Assembly: GCA_043757265.1 (NCBI GenBank)
Contig: JAYUQP010000040.1
Span: forward strand, 142,094-206,093
Source: Bdellovibrionales bacterium
GTDB lineage: Bacteria > Bdellovibrionota > Bdellovibrionia > Bdellovibrionales > JAGQZY01
Reading direction: 5' to 3'
DNA: 64,000 nucleotides
A program made the position numbers and the translations under genes. Positions 35,490 to 44,837 of the stretch are shown here, in pieces. The first letter of the stretch is position 1, and each line of letters starts with the position of its first letter. The notes under the pieces were generated by a model. That model made no database searches. It saw only the letters and a list, made by a program, of their open reading frames with translations, and was not told the DNA's origin.

Positions 35490-36221
35490 TTATTTGTTCA
35501 AACCCGACGGAATAAAAATCTCAATGCGGCGATTGTCGGAACGGCCCTGAGCAGTGTCGTTCTTAGCGATGGGCTTTGTGTCTGCATAACTTGCGGCCGA
35601 AAGGCGTTCAGGCGGTATGCTAAAGTCGCTGATAAAAAGCCGAACCACCGTGGTCGCACGCATGGCTCCCAATTCCCAATTGGTTTTGATATCTCCAGCG
35701 CCGTTCAGGGGTTGATTGTCTGTATGACCTTCCACAATCACGGGGCGGTTCGAGTTTTTTAAAATGATTGCAAGCTTTCCAAGCGAAACAAACGACGACG
35801 GATTTAGCACAGCCGCGCCTGGGGGAAACAGGTTGGACGATTGCAGGCGAATGCGCACCCCTTTTGAGTCGTAGGTGATGTCTTGAATGATGCTGCCTTT
35901 TTCTTCCTTATTAAGCCGAGAGTTGATTTTCTTTTGATAGTAACTTTGCATATCAATCGGCATAGCGTCTTTCATCTGCTTGCCGATGGGATCCATTTCG
36001 GAACCCACTTGCATGTTTACCGGGTTGAACCCGCCGCCGTAGATTCCTAAATTCATGCTGTTTCGAATAGAGCCTTCAAATTGTTTTTGCTTGTCAGGAT
36101 TGGACTGCGAGGTGGCGTATAAAACCACGAAAAAAGCGAAAAGCAGCGTAATAAAATCAGCATAAGACACTAGCCAACGTTCGTGGTTCTCGTGCTCTTC
36201 ATGCTTCTTCTTTTTAGCCAT
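35490..36221 (-). CDS. motB: Flagellar motor stator protein MotB (OmpA-like C-terminus)
   Basis: WLVSYADFITLLFAFFVVLYA plug/TM with the conserved Asp, and a C-terminal OmpA-like block VIVEGHTDNQP...NRRIEI. It overlaps motA by 8 nt. Confidence 0.85.
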   Translation of the reverse strand: MAKKKKHEEHENHERWLVSYADFITLLFAFFVVLYATSQSNPDKQKQFEGSIRNSMNLGIYGGGFNPVNMQVGSEMDPIGKQMKDAMPIDMQSYYQKKINSRLNKEEKGSIIQDITYDSKGVRIRLQSSNLFPPGAAVLNPSSFVSLGKLAIILKNSNRPVIVEGHTDNQPLNGAGDIKTNWELGAMRATTVVRLFISDFSIPPERLSAASYADTKPIAKNDTAQGRSDNRRIEIFIPSGLNK

Positions 36222-36972
36222 TCGATTCTTCTATTCCAGTATAGGCGCGAAGCTTTCGCTCAACAATCTTTGGATTGAGACCCGCGCCAATCATCAAGGC
36301 GCCTTCGAGAAGGGCCTGGCGTTCGGATACGTGGTGGTGAGCTTTCTTTTTGATTTTATTTCCAGCGGGAAGAAAAAAGAGGTTGGCTGCGCCCACGCCG
36401 TAAACTGTAGCAACAAACGCCACCGCAATTCCGGGTCCAAGTTTTGTTGGATCAGAAAGGTTGTTCATCACGTGAATCAAGCCGAGAACGGCTCCAATGA
36501 TTCCGATGGTGGGGCAAAAGCCACCAGCGTCGGTCCATATCTTTGAGCCGGCCGCGATAACTTCTTCCTCTTTTTGCATTCGCGTTTCGAAAATATCTCG
36601 CACGGTGACTGGATCTATACCATCGATAACTGCAGATATAGCATCGCGAAAAAAATCGTTCTCAATCGTGTTGAGGCGTTTTTCCAACGAAAGAATCGAT
36701 TCCTTTTTAGCTATTTGCGCACACTGGATTATTTCATCCAGGTTTTTCTTCATATCAGTATGTTTATCAAAGAATGTTTTTCCAAAGTATTTAAGCCCGG
36801 TTTTGATATCGCTCATACTGTTGGAAAACATCACAGCACCAATGGTGCCCCCAAGGACAATGATTGCGGCCGTCAATTGCATCAGGGAATCAAGGTGACC
36901 TCCCTCCATTGCATTGCCGCCTAAGATTGCTGCCAAACCAATAATGAAACCGAGAATTGTTGCTAAATCCAT
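36214..36972 (-). CDS. motA: Flagellar motor stator protein MotA/PomA family
   Basis: Trimmed to ATG 36972 (MDLATILGFIIGLAAILGG...). MotA/TolQ/ExbB channel motifs PTIGIIGAVLGLI and AVAFVATVYGVGAANLFFLP. Confidence 0.85.
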   Translation of the reverse strand: MDLATILGFIIGLAAILGGNAMEGGHLDSLMQLTAAIIVLGGTIGAVMFSNSMSDIKTGLKYFGKTFFDKHTDMKKNLDEIIQCAQIAKKESILSLEKRLNTIENDFFRDAISAVIDGIDPVTVRDIFETRMQKEEEVIAAGSKIWTDAGGFCPTIGIIGAVLGLIHVMNNLSDPTKLGPGIAVAFVATVYGVGAANLFFLPAGNKIKKKAHHHVSERQALLEGALMIGAGLNPKIVERKLRAYTGIEESNG

Positions 36973-37082
36973 GAAATAAGTATGCCGGCTCTCGTTGAGC
37001 GAAGGTAGTCGGGTGGAGAGAACCTGGACCTTAATTGGGCTATTCAGTTTACAGAATAGGCAGGTTTTGTTAGAACTCCGGC

Positions 37083-38171
37083 ATGAATGAAAATTGGGCC
37101 GATTGGGTGTGGCAACAGACACATGCTATAAAGGATTTTTCGCAGCTGCAAAAACAGATTCCTTGGCTCAAAGAGGGGACTCAAGCCACCGCGGCGTCTT
37201 TTCGTTTGCAGGTAACACCGTACTATCTTTCGCTGCTTCATCCAGCGGATCCTCATGATCCACTTGCAAAAATTTGCATCCCCGATTTACAAGAAATGAT
37301 CACGGCAGAGCACGAACTTATTGATCCTATTGGGGATCGAGTAAACAATGAGCAACTCCAGCACAGTCCCACAGCCGCCATTGTTCATCGATACCCAGAC
37401 CGTTGCTTGTTGATGTTAACGCCCTTGTGCGCCTCCTACTGCCGATACTGTTTTCGACGCGAAATTGTAGGCAAAGCTGAAAACTCGCACTCGCAAGAGG
37501 TTATAAACGAGTCCTTCAAGTATATCCAAAATAATAAGCAGCTTCGAGAGGTGATACTCTCGGGCGGCGATCCACTTTTACTTTCCGACGCCAAACTTGC
37601 CGATGTTTTGCAAAACCTCCAAGGTGTGTCACACCTGCGAGGCCTTCGCATACACACTCGATTTCCTATTTTCAATCCGTTTCGGGTCACTGACGACTTT
37701 GTAAAAATGCTCACGGAGTTTTCTCTTCCGGTTGTCGTCATGCTGCATGTGATGCACCCGCGAGAAGTGACTCAAGATTTTAAAGCCGCAATCACAAAAC
37801 TGCGAAAAGCGGGTGTCGTACTTCTCAATCAAAGTGTTTTAATCAAGGGATGTAACGATGATGCGGAAACGCTAAAGGAATTAAGTTATCAACTTGGAGA
37901 TTGCGGAATCATTCCTCTGTATTTACATATGCTGGATCGAGCAAAAGGCACTTCTCACTTTCGAGTCTCCATCGAACGCGCCCAAGACATTATGCAAAAC
38001 CTTCGCGGAAAAATCTCGGGCCACTTAATTCCACAGCTCATGTTGGAAATCCCCGGTGGCTATGGAAAAATTCCAGTGGATAAGCAGTTTTACCAAAAGC
38101 GTAGCGAAAACTCGTATCAACTTAGCTCCCCCCATTTAACGCAAACAACCATTAACTATCGAGATTTATAG
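37083..38171 (+). CDS. KamA-family radical SAM lysine 2,3-aminomutase-like enzyme (EpmB/YjeK-like size)
   Basis: 362 aa. Radical SAM cluster CASYCRYCFRR and SGGDPLLL; it lacks the longer C-terminal region of clostridial KamA. Confidence 0.85.
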   Translation: MNENWADWVWQQTHAIKDFSQLQKQIPWLKEGTQATAASFRLQVTPYYLSLLHPADPHDPLAKICIPDLQEMITAEHELIDPIGDRVNNEQLQHSPTAAIVHRYPDRCLLMLTPLCASYCRYCFRREIVGKAENSHSQEVINESFKYIQNNKQLREVILSGGDPLLLSDAKLADVLQNLQGVSHLRGLRIHTRFPIFNPFRVTDDFVKMLTEFSLPVVVMLHVMHPREVTQDFKAAITKLRKAGVVLLNQSVLIKGCNDDAETLKELSYQLGDCGIIPLYLHMLDRAKGTSHFRVSIERAQDIMQNLRGKISGHLIPQLMLEIPGGYGKIPVDKQFYQKRSENSYQLSSPHLTQTTINYRDL

Positions 38172-39424
38172 TGAAGGACCGACTAGTGCAGAACCGACTC
38201 ATGAGGGACCGCCAATTTGTTCCCTTATTTTGGACGCAGTTTTTAGGCGCATTTAATGACAATCTCCTAAAAAATGCTCTGGTTATGGGAGTGACGATAC
38301 GTGCTTTGTGGGTTTTTGGTCTTCCGTCCGATCAAGCGGTCGCCTTGGCAGGTGGACTTTTTATTTTACCCTTCTTTTTGTTTTCGGGAATCGCTGGAGA
38401 GCTTTCGGACAAGTACGATAAAAGTCGCGTGCTTCAAACCATTAAGTTTTTAGAAATAATCATTATGCTTCTCTCTGCGACGGCATTGTGGATGCAGAAT
38501 TTTAATTTTCTGATGGTCACTTTGTTTTTAATGGGTGTTCATTCAGCCTTCTTCGGACCCGCAAAGTTCAGTATTCTACCGCAGCATTTACCCGCAACAA
38601 AATTGATGAAAGCCAATGCGTGGGTGGAGGCCGGAACTTTTTTAGCCATACTTTTCGGTACGGTTCTCGGCGGAGTTTTGGTTTCCATTGCAAATGGACT
38701 AATAATGATAGCTCTGCTTCTAGTTGTTATTAGCATCATTGGCTTTGTTTTAAGCCTGTGGATCCCTCTGGCTCCGCCCGCGCATCTGAAAAACACAAAA
38801 GTCGATTGGAATCCTGTCACCACAACAAAAAAGCAATTTAAAATGGCAGCAAAAGATCCTGTTGTGTTTGCAGCAATGATGGCAGGATCGTGGTTCTGGT
38901 TTGTTGGAGCCATCATCTTATCCGTGCTTCCCGCATTTTGCTTAAAGCATCTGCAGCAGTCAGAAAGTGTAATCACCGTCTATCTGGTGCTTTTCTCAGT
39001 CGGCGTTGGAGTTGGATCATTTTTATGCTCACGAATTTCGAAAGGTAGGGTCGACCTGCGCCTTGTATTTAAAGGGCTGCTTCTTATGGCCGGAAGCTTA
39101 CTTTACCTGACCGTGTTTAATAACTCGGTGGTTATTGCAGGTATTGGGCTTTTTTGTTTATCCGTGGCAAGTGGCTTGTACATTGTCCCGCTAAATACAC
39201 TGATTCAGGAAAGGTCGGACGTCAAAGTCCGTTCGCAGGTCATCGCCGCTTACAACATTAGCAATTCTTTTTTTATGGTGATTGCCTCGATATTGCTAAT
39301 GGTTCTATTTTCATTAAAAATATCCATGAGCGGGATCTTCTCTATTTTGTTTGCATTGAGTGTTGTGTCGATTCTGTGTTTAAGAGGTACCCTGCTAGGC
39401 TTAGCAAAAAAGGTCCGAGAATAA
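38171..39424 (+). CDS. lplT: MFS transporter, lysophospholipid transporter LplT-like
   Basis: FVPLFWTQFLGAFNDNLLKNAL, GPAKFSILPQHL and LMKANAWVEAGTFLAILFGTVLGGVL are colinear with E. coli LplT. GTG 38171 overlaps the upstream stop (TAGTG); ATG 38201 is an alternative start. Confidence 0.75.
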   Translation: MKDRLVQNRLMRDRQFVPLFWTQFLGAFNDNLLKNALVMGVTIRALWVFGLPSDQAVALAGGLFILPFFLFSGIAGELSDKYDKSRVLQTIKFLEIIIMLLSATALWMQNFNFLMVTLFLMGVHSAFFGPAKFSILPQHLPATKLMKANAWVEAGTFLAILFGTVLGGVLVSIANGLIMIALLLVVISIIGFVLSLWIPLAPPAHLKNTKVDWNPVTTTKKQFKMAAKDPVVFAAMMAGSWFWFVGAIILSVLPAFCLKHLQQSESVITVYLVLFSVGVGVGSFLCSRISKGRVDLRLVFKGLLLMAGSLLYLTVFNNSVVIAGIGLFCLSVASGLYIVPLNTLIQERSDVKVRSQVIAAYNISNSFFMVIASILLMVLFSLKISMSGIFSILFALSVVSILCLRGTLLGLAKKVRE

Positions 39425-40424
39425 GCCCTTTTAAACCAAACAGACTAATACTTCCAATGAGACTGAAAAATGCAATAAAGGGGTTAATGACATTGTTACC
39501 TTGAGAAAGCAAAAGCACTCTAAGAACATTGTCCACGGTGGAGGCGAACACACCAAATCCTGCAAAGATAGCGAGCGAAGAGGCTCCGTGCAAGTAGTAG
39601 CCGTGAAATCCGCCAATCACAATAACCGGTAACAGACCAACCACTGGAACAAACGAAAACGCAAACGCGACAACAAAATACACTGGCCACATTTCGATTC
39701 CGCTGATCAAAGCGCCAACGCTGATGATAACGCCTTGGCTAAGAGCAACAACAAAAGTTGAAATAATAGTATCGTATGCGCTCATCTCGCAAAGATGAAA
39801 AAAAGTCTTTAACCGTTCGCGCGCATGCAGTGATTTAGTATAGATGAGAATTTTAAATTTCGCATCCTTGTACGATCGAGCCACAATTATAAACGAAATG
39901 GCAAATACAAAAAGACCTAAAAGGATTTCTGGAAAACTCGCAATAATAAATAACAAACTAGAAACAAGAAATTCTGCTCCTTTAGCAATAGTTTCACTGA
40001 CCTTTGTATCGACCAAACTGACTGCCTTTTGGCTGTCCAAAAAAAACGAGGCGACTCTGGTCAATGTTTGTTTCAATGGCGTCAGCCAGTCGACGACTTG
40101 GTTCATCAAATTGTTTTTATCAGCGTTAGCAGGCACATTTACCAAAGTCGAAAAAAAATGTGAGATGCCGAAAAACACAGCTGTCGCAAAGGTCAAAAAA
40201 GACAGAACAATTCCAGAGGTGATATAACGGCGTTTTTTGAGGCTGAACGTCGACATTCTTTTGCGAAATTCAAGAAGTGCCATAAATCCCAATGTCGCAA
40301 GTACAACAAGTGAGATAAAATCGGTAAGCATGAGACATATAAGAGCAACTGCTATAAAGGAGAAGATAAAATGGCCGTCATGTACCATCGTTTGCCAGTA
40401 TTCATTGCGCTGTAACGTTTTCAT
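39342..40424 (-). CDS. AI-2E family transporter (UPF0118/PerM-like)
   Basis: 360 aa, multi-pass, with the conserved C-terminal region VDNVLRVLLLSQGNNVINPFIAFFSLIGSISLFGLKGLILGPFLL. Confidence 0.8.
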   Translation of the reverse strand: MKTLQRNEYWQTMVHDGHFIFSFIAVALICLMLTDFISLVVLATLGFMALLEFRKRMSTFSLKKRRYITSGIVLSFLTFATAVFFGISHFFSTLVNVPANADKNNLMNQVVDWLTPLKQTLTRVASFFLDSQKAVSLVDTKVSETIAKGAEFLVSSLLFIIASFPEILLGLFVFAISFIIVARSYKDAKFKILIYTKSLHARERLKTFFHLCEMSAYDTIISTFVVALSQGVIISVGALISGIEMWPVYFVVAFAFSFVPVVGLLPVIVIGGFHGYYLHGASSLAIFAGFGVFASTVDNVLRVLLLSQGNNVINPFIAFFSLIGSISLFGLKGLILGPFLLSLAGYLLNTESTQHSMQTK

Positions 40425-40851
40425 TTAACCTTCCTTGGGAATATGCAAGCCTGTCATGAATAAAGCTCTTGAGATCTTTTTTTAATACGCGCTGTTGGAT
40501 ATGGAAGTGGTTTAAAAGGATTTCAATTTTTAGAAGCGCTGGAGAGGACGACATCAAAACGACAGGCACTTTCTCTTGATACAGATTTGATTTTTTTATA
40601 GTTTCGTCCATGCTGATAAAATCATCCATGGTTTTTAGAATTTCGGGTCCTGATATCTCAGGAATATTGATATCAACTAGGAGCAGGTCGTATTCCTTGT
40701 TAGCCATTTCCAAAAGCGCATCGTAGGGATCTTTATAAATTTTGTAAGTCATCCACGCTTTGTCAAATTGGCGAAACATATGATCTAAGGCCTCACACAT
40801 ATCAAGGTCATCATCGATGATTAAAACATAAAGCTTTTTATGAGCCGTCAT
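40402..40851 (-). CDS. Stand-alone response-regulator receiver protein (atypical, with insert)
   Basis: Trimmed to ATG 40851 (149 aa). LIIDDDLDM and the phospho-acceptor context DLLLVDINIPEISG. It is a paralogue of 50579..51028. Confidence 0.75.
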   Translation of the reverse strand: MTAHKKLYVLIIDDDLDMCEALDHMFRQFDKAWMTYKIYKDPYDALLEMANKEYDLLLVDINIPEISGPEILKTMDDFISMDETIKKSNLYQEKVPVVLMSSSPALLKIEILLNHFHIQQRVLKKDLKSFIHDRLAYSQGRLNENVTAQ

Positions 40852-40890
40852 TACTACCCCCACCCTCAATTGTTGTCTAACTTACACTAT

Positions 40891-40917
40891 GAAAATACGG
40901 GAGCCGAGGCTCCCGTA
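40891..40917 (-). terminator. Terminator after the porin-like gene
   Basis: tacgggagc-cgag-gctcccgta hairpin, followed on the minus strand by tttt. Confidence 0.5.
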
Positions 40918-40976
40918 AAAAACAGCTTGTGGCACTACTGGGCGTTGTAGTAGCTGTTTTGAGAAAAACTTTCGTA

Positions 40977-41576
40977 TTAGAGCTGAATCGGGAAAGATAC
41001 GCTTGCTAACCAAGTTTTATTCTCAAGCTCTACACTGCCAAAATCTGCTGGACCAAACGGACCTGCAGTTTGTACCTGCGACGTGTCATAAGTCAGTTCC
41101 TGATATTCAACATTCACGCTAACTGCTTGAAAGCGCATACCAGCACCAACTCGGAAACCTTTTCCATCTTTAAATTTAAGATCAACATCAGAACCATCTG
41201 GATCGAGCTCCGCACCGGCGATATACGAGCCCCAAATTCTTAGTCCGTAATCTGGCATTTGCATACCAATTACCGGACCCCAGTTGTAGGCTTTTCCGTT
41301 TTCTTCATAGCTTCCTAGCTCAGATTTAGGCATAGAATAGCGAGCATCGGCGCCCAGAAAAAACACTTCATTGATATGGAAACCGAGTCTGGCGCCTAGT
41401 CCAAATCCAAACACGTCAGTGTCAGTTGATCCAAGGGGAAAGTTGATATCGCCTGTTCCTTGTTCATACGTGATAGCAGGTTCTACAAACAGACCACCTT
41501 CATCTTCGTAATCTGCATGTGCAAGATTTGCGGCGAAGAACGCTGCTGCAATGGATGTAATTTTGAATATTTTCAC
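40977..41576 (-). CDS. Outer-membrane beta-barrel protein (OmpA-like/OMP_b-brl)
   Basis: 199 aa, GTG start behind aaggag, signal peptide MKIFKITSIAAAFFAANLAHA, and an alternating-strand pattern ending SVSFPIQL. Confidence 0.7.
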   Translation of the reverse strand: MKIFKITSIAAAFFAANLAHADYEDEGGLFVEPAITYEQGTGDINFPLGSTDTDVFGFGLGARLGFHINEVFFLGADARYSMPKSELGSYEENGKAYNWGPVIGMQMPDYGLRIWGSYIAGAELDPDGSDVDLKFKDGKGFRVGAGMRFQAVSVNVEYQELTYDTSQVQTAGPFGPADFGSVELENKTWLASVSFPIQL

Positions 41577-41590
41577 TTTTAACTCCTTAA

Positions 41591-41866
41591 TTATTTTTGA
41601 TCTATTTTGTTTTGAAGCTCTTTGGCTTTTGTTTTCGTTGCATCCATACCATCTTGAGCTGAGTGCTTAACCTGCTTGGCAGCACACTCGAGTTTACCGT
41701 TAATCGTTTCGCATGTTTTATCACCCACGCTCCGCACGGTCTTTTTAACGGAATCTGCAGCTTTATTTTTCACAGTTTCTGCTTTTTCGAGTGTCGTTTC
41801 CTCGGCATGAGCAAACGTCCCAGAGAATCCTATGCAAAGCATCGTCGCTACTGCTAACTTTTTCAT
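41591..41866 (-). CDS. Small secreted protein (hypothetical)
   Basis: 91 aa. Signal peptide MKKLAVATMLCIGFSGTFAHA and a K/E-rich mature part with two Cys. Confidence 0.5.
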   Translation of the reverse strand: MKKLAVATMLCIGFSGTFAHAEETTLEKAETVKNKAADSVKKTVRSVGDKTCETINGKLECAAKQVKHSAQDGMDATKTKAKELQNKIDQK

Positions 41867-41894
41867 TTCGGTTGTCCTTTCTCCCTAATGTTAA

Positions 41895-41929
41895 GAAATC
41901 TTCTACCCGTGTATAAGGTAGAAGATTTC
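41895..41929 (-). terminator. 13-bp-stem hairpin after the DUF1328 gene
   Basis: gaaatcttctacc-cgtgtataa-ggtagaagatttc. There is no clear U tract. Confidence 0.55.
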
Positions 41930-41946
41930 AACTCGATTTCTATTTG

Positions 41947-42129
41947 TTATGGAAGTCTTGTAGAGCTTCTACCGGTAACCAGCGAACCCACGAAACTCAC
42001 TGCTGCGAGGATCAAGAAAACAATCAACAACATTCTACCAATCTCCATTGATAAGCCGCCAACGCCACTTGCACCCAAGAAATAAGCCACTAACGCGATC
42101 ACAAAAAAACCTATTGCTGCACGAACCAT
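41947..42129 (-). CDS. DUF1328 (YtjA-like) small membrane protein
   Basis: The 121-aa track ORF is trimmed to ATG 42129 (RBS aaggaggac). MVRAAIGFFVIALVAYFLGASGVGGLSMEIGRMLLIVFLILAAVSFVGSLVTGR is typical of DUF1328. Confidence 0.75.
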   Translation of the reverse strand: MVRAAIGFFVIALVAYFLGASGVGGLSMEIGRMLLIVFLILAAVSFVGSLVTGRSSTRLP

Positions 42130-42194
42130 ACTGTCCTCCTTATAATTTATACTTCGGGAAACGAAGATATTCGTCTCCATCCCTACGATAGATG

Positions 42195-42210
42195 AGCAAG
42201 CGATGTGCCA
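42195..42210 (-). promoter_or_regulatory. Sigma-54 (-24/-12) promoter of the DUF1328 gene
   Basis: The minus strand reads TGGCACATCGCTTGCT, a perfect TGGCAC-N5-TTGCW. The -12 GC is about 66 nt upstream of ATG 42129, and the promoter is divergent from the NtrC-type activator gene. Confidence 0.7.
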
Positions 42211-42354
42211 GCCAAATGGTGTCTTTAAATGAGATATTAATGATTTAGTTGTAATTTCGTCCAAAAGAAGTACGTTTGCTTGAGTATTATTTGTACCTAT
42301 GATAGCTACCAAAGAACAAGTTAGAACCGAAGCAAAGGTTTATCTGGAGGAATT

Positions 42355-43803
42355 ATGAAATCGTACGCGGGAAAAACAATTGCAGTTGTAGATGATGACG
42401 TTGATGTGCAAGAGCTCGTCGAAGCTTTTTTTCGTCAAAAAGATTTTAAAGTTGTGATCTATGGGGACGCAGAGAGTGCCATCGAAGCGTTGGAATCCAA
42501 TCCCGCCTCCTGGGATGTAGCATTGGTCGATTTACATTTACCGCAAATGAGTGGTTTGGATTTTACTTTAGCTGCAAAAAAAATAGCACAAAATCTTCCG
42601 ATCATTTTGATCACAACTAGTAAGTCTGCTGAGATGGCAGTAGATGCCATCGAAAAAGGTGCCTACGATTTCATCGTAAAACCAATACACTTTCCGCAAT
42701 TGTACATCTCGGTACAACGTGGACTTCACTTTAAAAATCTTCAGGGAGATATTTCCGATCTTCGAACGCATGTGAAAAATCTAAAAAATCCCCATGGATC
42801 CATCATTGGCAAAAGTCCTCGATTTTTGGATGCTCTTAATATATCAAAACGAGTGGCGCCAAGTACCACAAATATTTTTATCTCTGGCGAAAGTGGAACC
42901 GGCAAAGAAGTATTTGCCAAATATATCCACAATGAAAGCACCAGAAAAAAGGGGCCGTTCGTTGCCATCAACTGTTCGGCGATACCAGAGAACCTATTGG
43001 AGTCTGAGCTTTTTGGACATGCAAAGGGAGCGTTCACTGGCGCTCAGGAAAAGAAAATTGGCTTGTTTGAGGAAGCTGAAAATGGAACTCTTTTTCTCGA
43101 CGAGATTGGGGATCTTACTTTGCCATTACAGGCAAAAATTCTGCGCGTACTCCAAGAGAAAAAAATCAAGCGAGTGGGAGAAAACCAGCAAAGGGCAGTC
43201 AACTGCCGCATCATCTCGGCCACTCATAAGGACTTAATCACCGAAATCAAAAATGGTCGGTTTCGCGAGGATCTTTACTTTCGTCTTAAAGTAATTCCCA
43301 TTAGCTTGCCTCCGTTAAGAGAGCGCCGCGAAGACATCTTGCCACTTGCGGAATCCTTTTTGCGAAAGTTTTCCTTGGAGAATGGCTCTGCTGCAAAAAA
43401 ATTCTCAGCTGAGGCGATTGAGTTTCTTTTATCTAACTCGTGGCGCGGAAATGTTCGAGAGCTCGAAAACGCTGTCGAGCGTGCGGTAGTCATCGCAATT
43501 AGTGAGGAGATCTCACAAAAAGATTTTATGTTGGATCAGTTCGAATCCATAGATTTTTCAGAAGACACCCAGGTGGATTTTTCCAACTTATCAAACAGTG
43601 GTTTTTATATACCCTACAGTGCTGATAACATTATTACTCTCGAAGAGGTTATGAATCGTTATATCGAATACACTGTCAAAAAGAACCATGGAGCCCGCGA
43701 TAAAACTGCTCGGGAAATAGGAATCGATCGCAAGACTCTTTACAAACGATTGTCCAAAGCTAACGAGTCAGCCAATGATTCAATGATTGAAACTCAGACT
43801 TGA
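42355..43803 (+). CDS. Sigma-54-dependent response regulator (NtrC family enhancer-binding protein)
   Basis: Receiver domain (VALVDLHLPQMSG), AAA+ domain with GESGTGKE and the sigma-54 contact loop GAFTGA, and a C-terminal Fis-type HTH (AREIGIDRKTLYKRL). Confidence 0.9.
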   Translation: MKSYAGKTIAVVDDDVDVQELVEAFFRQKDFKVVIYGDAESAIEALESNPASWDVALVDLHLPQMSGLDFTLAAKKIAQNLPIILITTSKSAEMAVDAIEKGAYDFIVKPIHFPQLYISVQRGLHFKNLQGDISDLRTHVKNLKNPHGSIIGKSPRFLDALNISKRVAPSTTNIFISGESGTGKEVFAKYIHNESTRKKGPFVAINCSAIPENLLESELFGHAKGAFTGAQEKKIGLFEEAENGTLFLDEIGDLTLPLQAKILRVLQEKKIKRVGENQQRAVNCRIISATHKDLITEIKNGRFREDLYFRLKVIPISLPPLRERREDILPLAESFLRKFSLENGSAAKKFSAEAIEFLLSNSWRGNVRELENAVERAVVIAISEEISQKDFMLDQFESIDFSEDTQVDFSNLSNSGFYIPYSADNIITLEEVMNRYIEYTVKKNHGARDKTAREIGIDRKTLYKRLSKANESANDSMIETQT

Positions 43804-43845
43804 AAACAAAATTCGAGAAATCAATTTTGAAGTTCTAAAGCACGC

Positions 43846-43884
43846 TACAAAAAGAAAGAGGTGACTTGGGGGAAAGTCACCTCT
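43846..43884 (-). terminator. Terminator of the lipoprotein gene
   Basis: 11-bp stem agaggtgactt/aagtcacctct. The plus-strand A-rich tract acaaaaagaa gives a U-rich tail on the minus strand. Confidence 0.55.
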
Positions 43885-43908
43885 CGGGATGGGGCGATGC
43901 GGTGGGAG

Positions 43909-44529
43909 CTAGTTTTTCAGCGCAAAAATCAATGCGTGTGAAGCTTTGCTAGGATAATTCATCTTGTCTGCAGATGTTGGTAACCCCGCGGCGACAAGAG
44001 AGTTTTTAATTTTGCTATCTTGAGTATTTAACCATTCGGAAACCGCCGAGGGCTGCTGCGCCATACTGTGCATTTCCACAGTCACGTTCCGAATAGACTT
44101 CACGAATTTCGAAATAGACTCTGTACGTCTTTTGGCTAAGTCGACCTGTTTAGGCGAGAGTGTGTCTTTCTTTTCCGATGGATAATCTTGATCCGCCCAG
44201 GCCAAAACAATAACTTGATCTAGGTCGTTTTTATCCATCTTGTTAAGCTTCATTAGGTTGCGGATGGAATTTTTAGAATCCTGGGTGAGCTTCGTAGAGT
44301 TTTTATTAAACTTTATCTCAACAAAACTGTGTGCATCGATCTTATCAGCCGTCGTCTCGGGTATAGCGGCTGCTTCTTGTTCCGTAGTGTACGGAACTCT
44401 AGGTTTGCCGGTGACATCTTCATTGGCGGGGCCGCCAGATGATGCACAAGAAACTATCAAACCAGCGCTGACTGCAAAACAAAGTAGGGTTGATATCTTT
44501 TTGATTGGAAAACGTTGTTGTATATTCAT
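43909..44529 (-). CDS. Lipoprotein, possibly with a degenerate OmpA-like C-terminal domain
   Basis: 206 aa, lipobox LIVSCAS. IKFNKNSTKLTQDSKNSIRNL...VIVLAWADQD...LAKRRTESISKFV loosely follows the OmpA_C pattern. Confidence 0.55.
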   Translation of the reverse strand: MNIQQRFPIKKISTLLCFAVSAGLIVSCASSGGPANEDVTGKPRVPYTTEQEAAAIPETTADKIDAHSFVEIKFNKNSTKLTQDSKNSIRNLMKLNKMDKNDLDQVIVLAWADQDYPSEKKDTLSPKQVDLAKRRTESISKFVKSIRNVTVEMHSMAQQPSAVSEWLNTQDSKIKNSLVAAGLPTSADKMNYPSKASHALIFALKN

Positions 44530-44580
44530 TTAGTAAGCTCCTTAGCTGCAAATCTTTGTGGTTATGTGACTTACTATAAA

Positions 44581-44596
44581 GGCAAATAAGATGCCA
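44581..44596 (-). promoter_or_regulatory. Sigma-54 (-24/-12) promoter of the lipoprotein gene
   Basis: The minus strand reads TGGCATCTTATTTGCC (TGGCAY-N5-TTGC). The -12 GC is about 53 nt upstream of ATG 44529. Confidence 0.65.
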
Positions 44597-44837
44597 AAAT
44601 GGCAACCCTTAAATTTGGTCCCAGCTCAGAAATATTAAACTTTTCGTCCTTTCCGAGGACTTTGCGTGGAAAATTCGTACGCAATTTTGGCAGCCCCGCA
44701 ATTAATTACATGTGGAAGTTTGGTTTAACAATTTATCTCCACTGTTTATCAAATCCACTTAATTAGCTCCACAATTTTTTTATCTCCCCGATCAAAATTG
44801 GTTTCAGAATTGCAAACAGTAAACAGAGAGGATTTAC

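Noticed and set aside
40930-40945. TGGCAC at 40930 (tggcactactgggcgt)
   Set aside because: There is no TTGC element at the right distance, and it points away from both flanking minus-strand genes.
44688-44703. Sigma-54 promoter for the CHASE3 kinase (TGGCAGCCCCGCAATT)
   Set aside because: The GG-to-GC spacing is 3 nt too short for a -24/-12 promoter.
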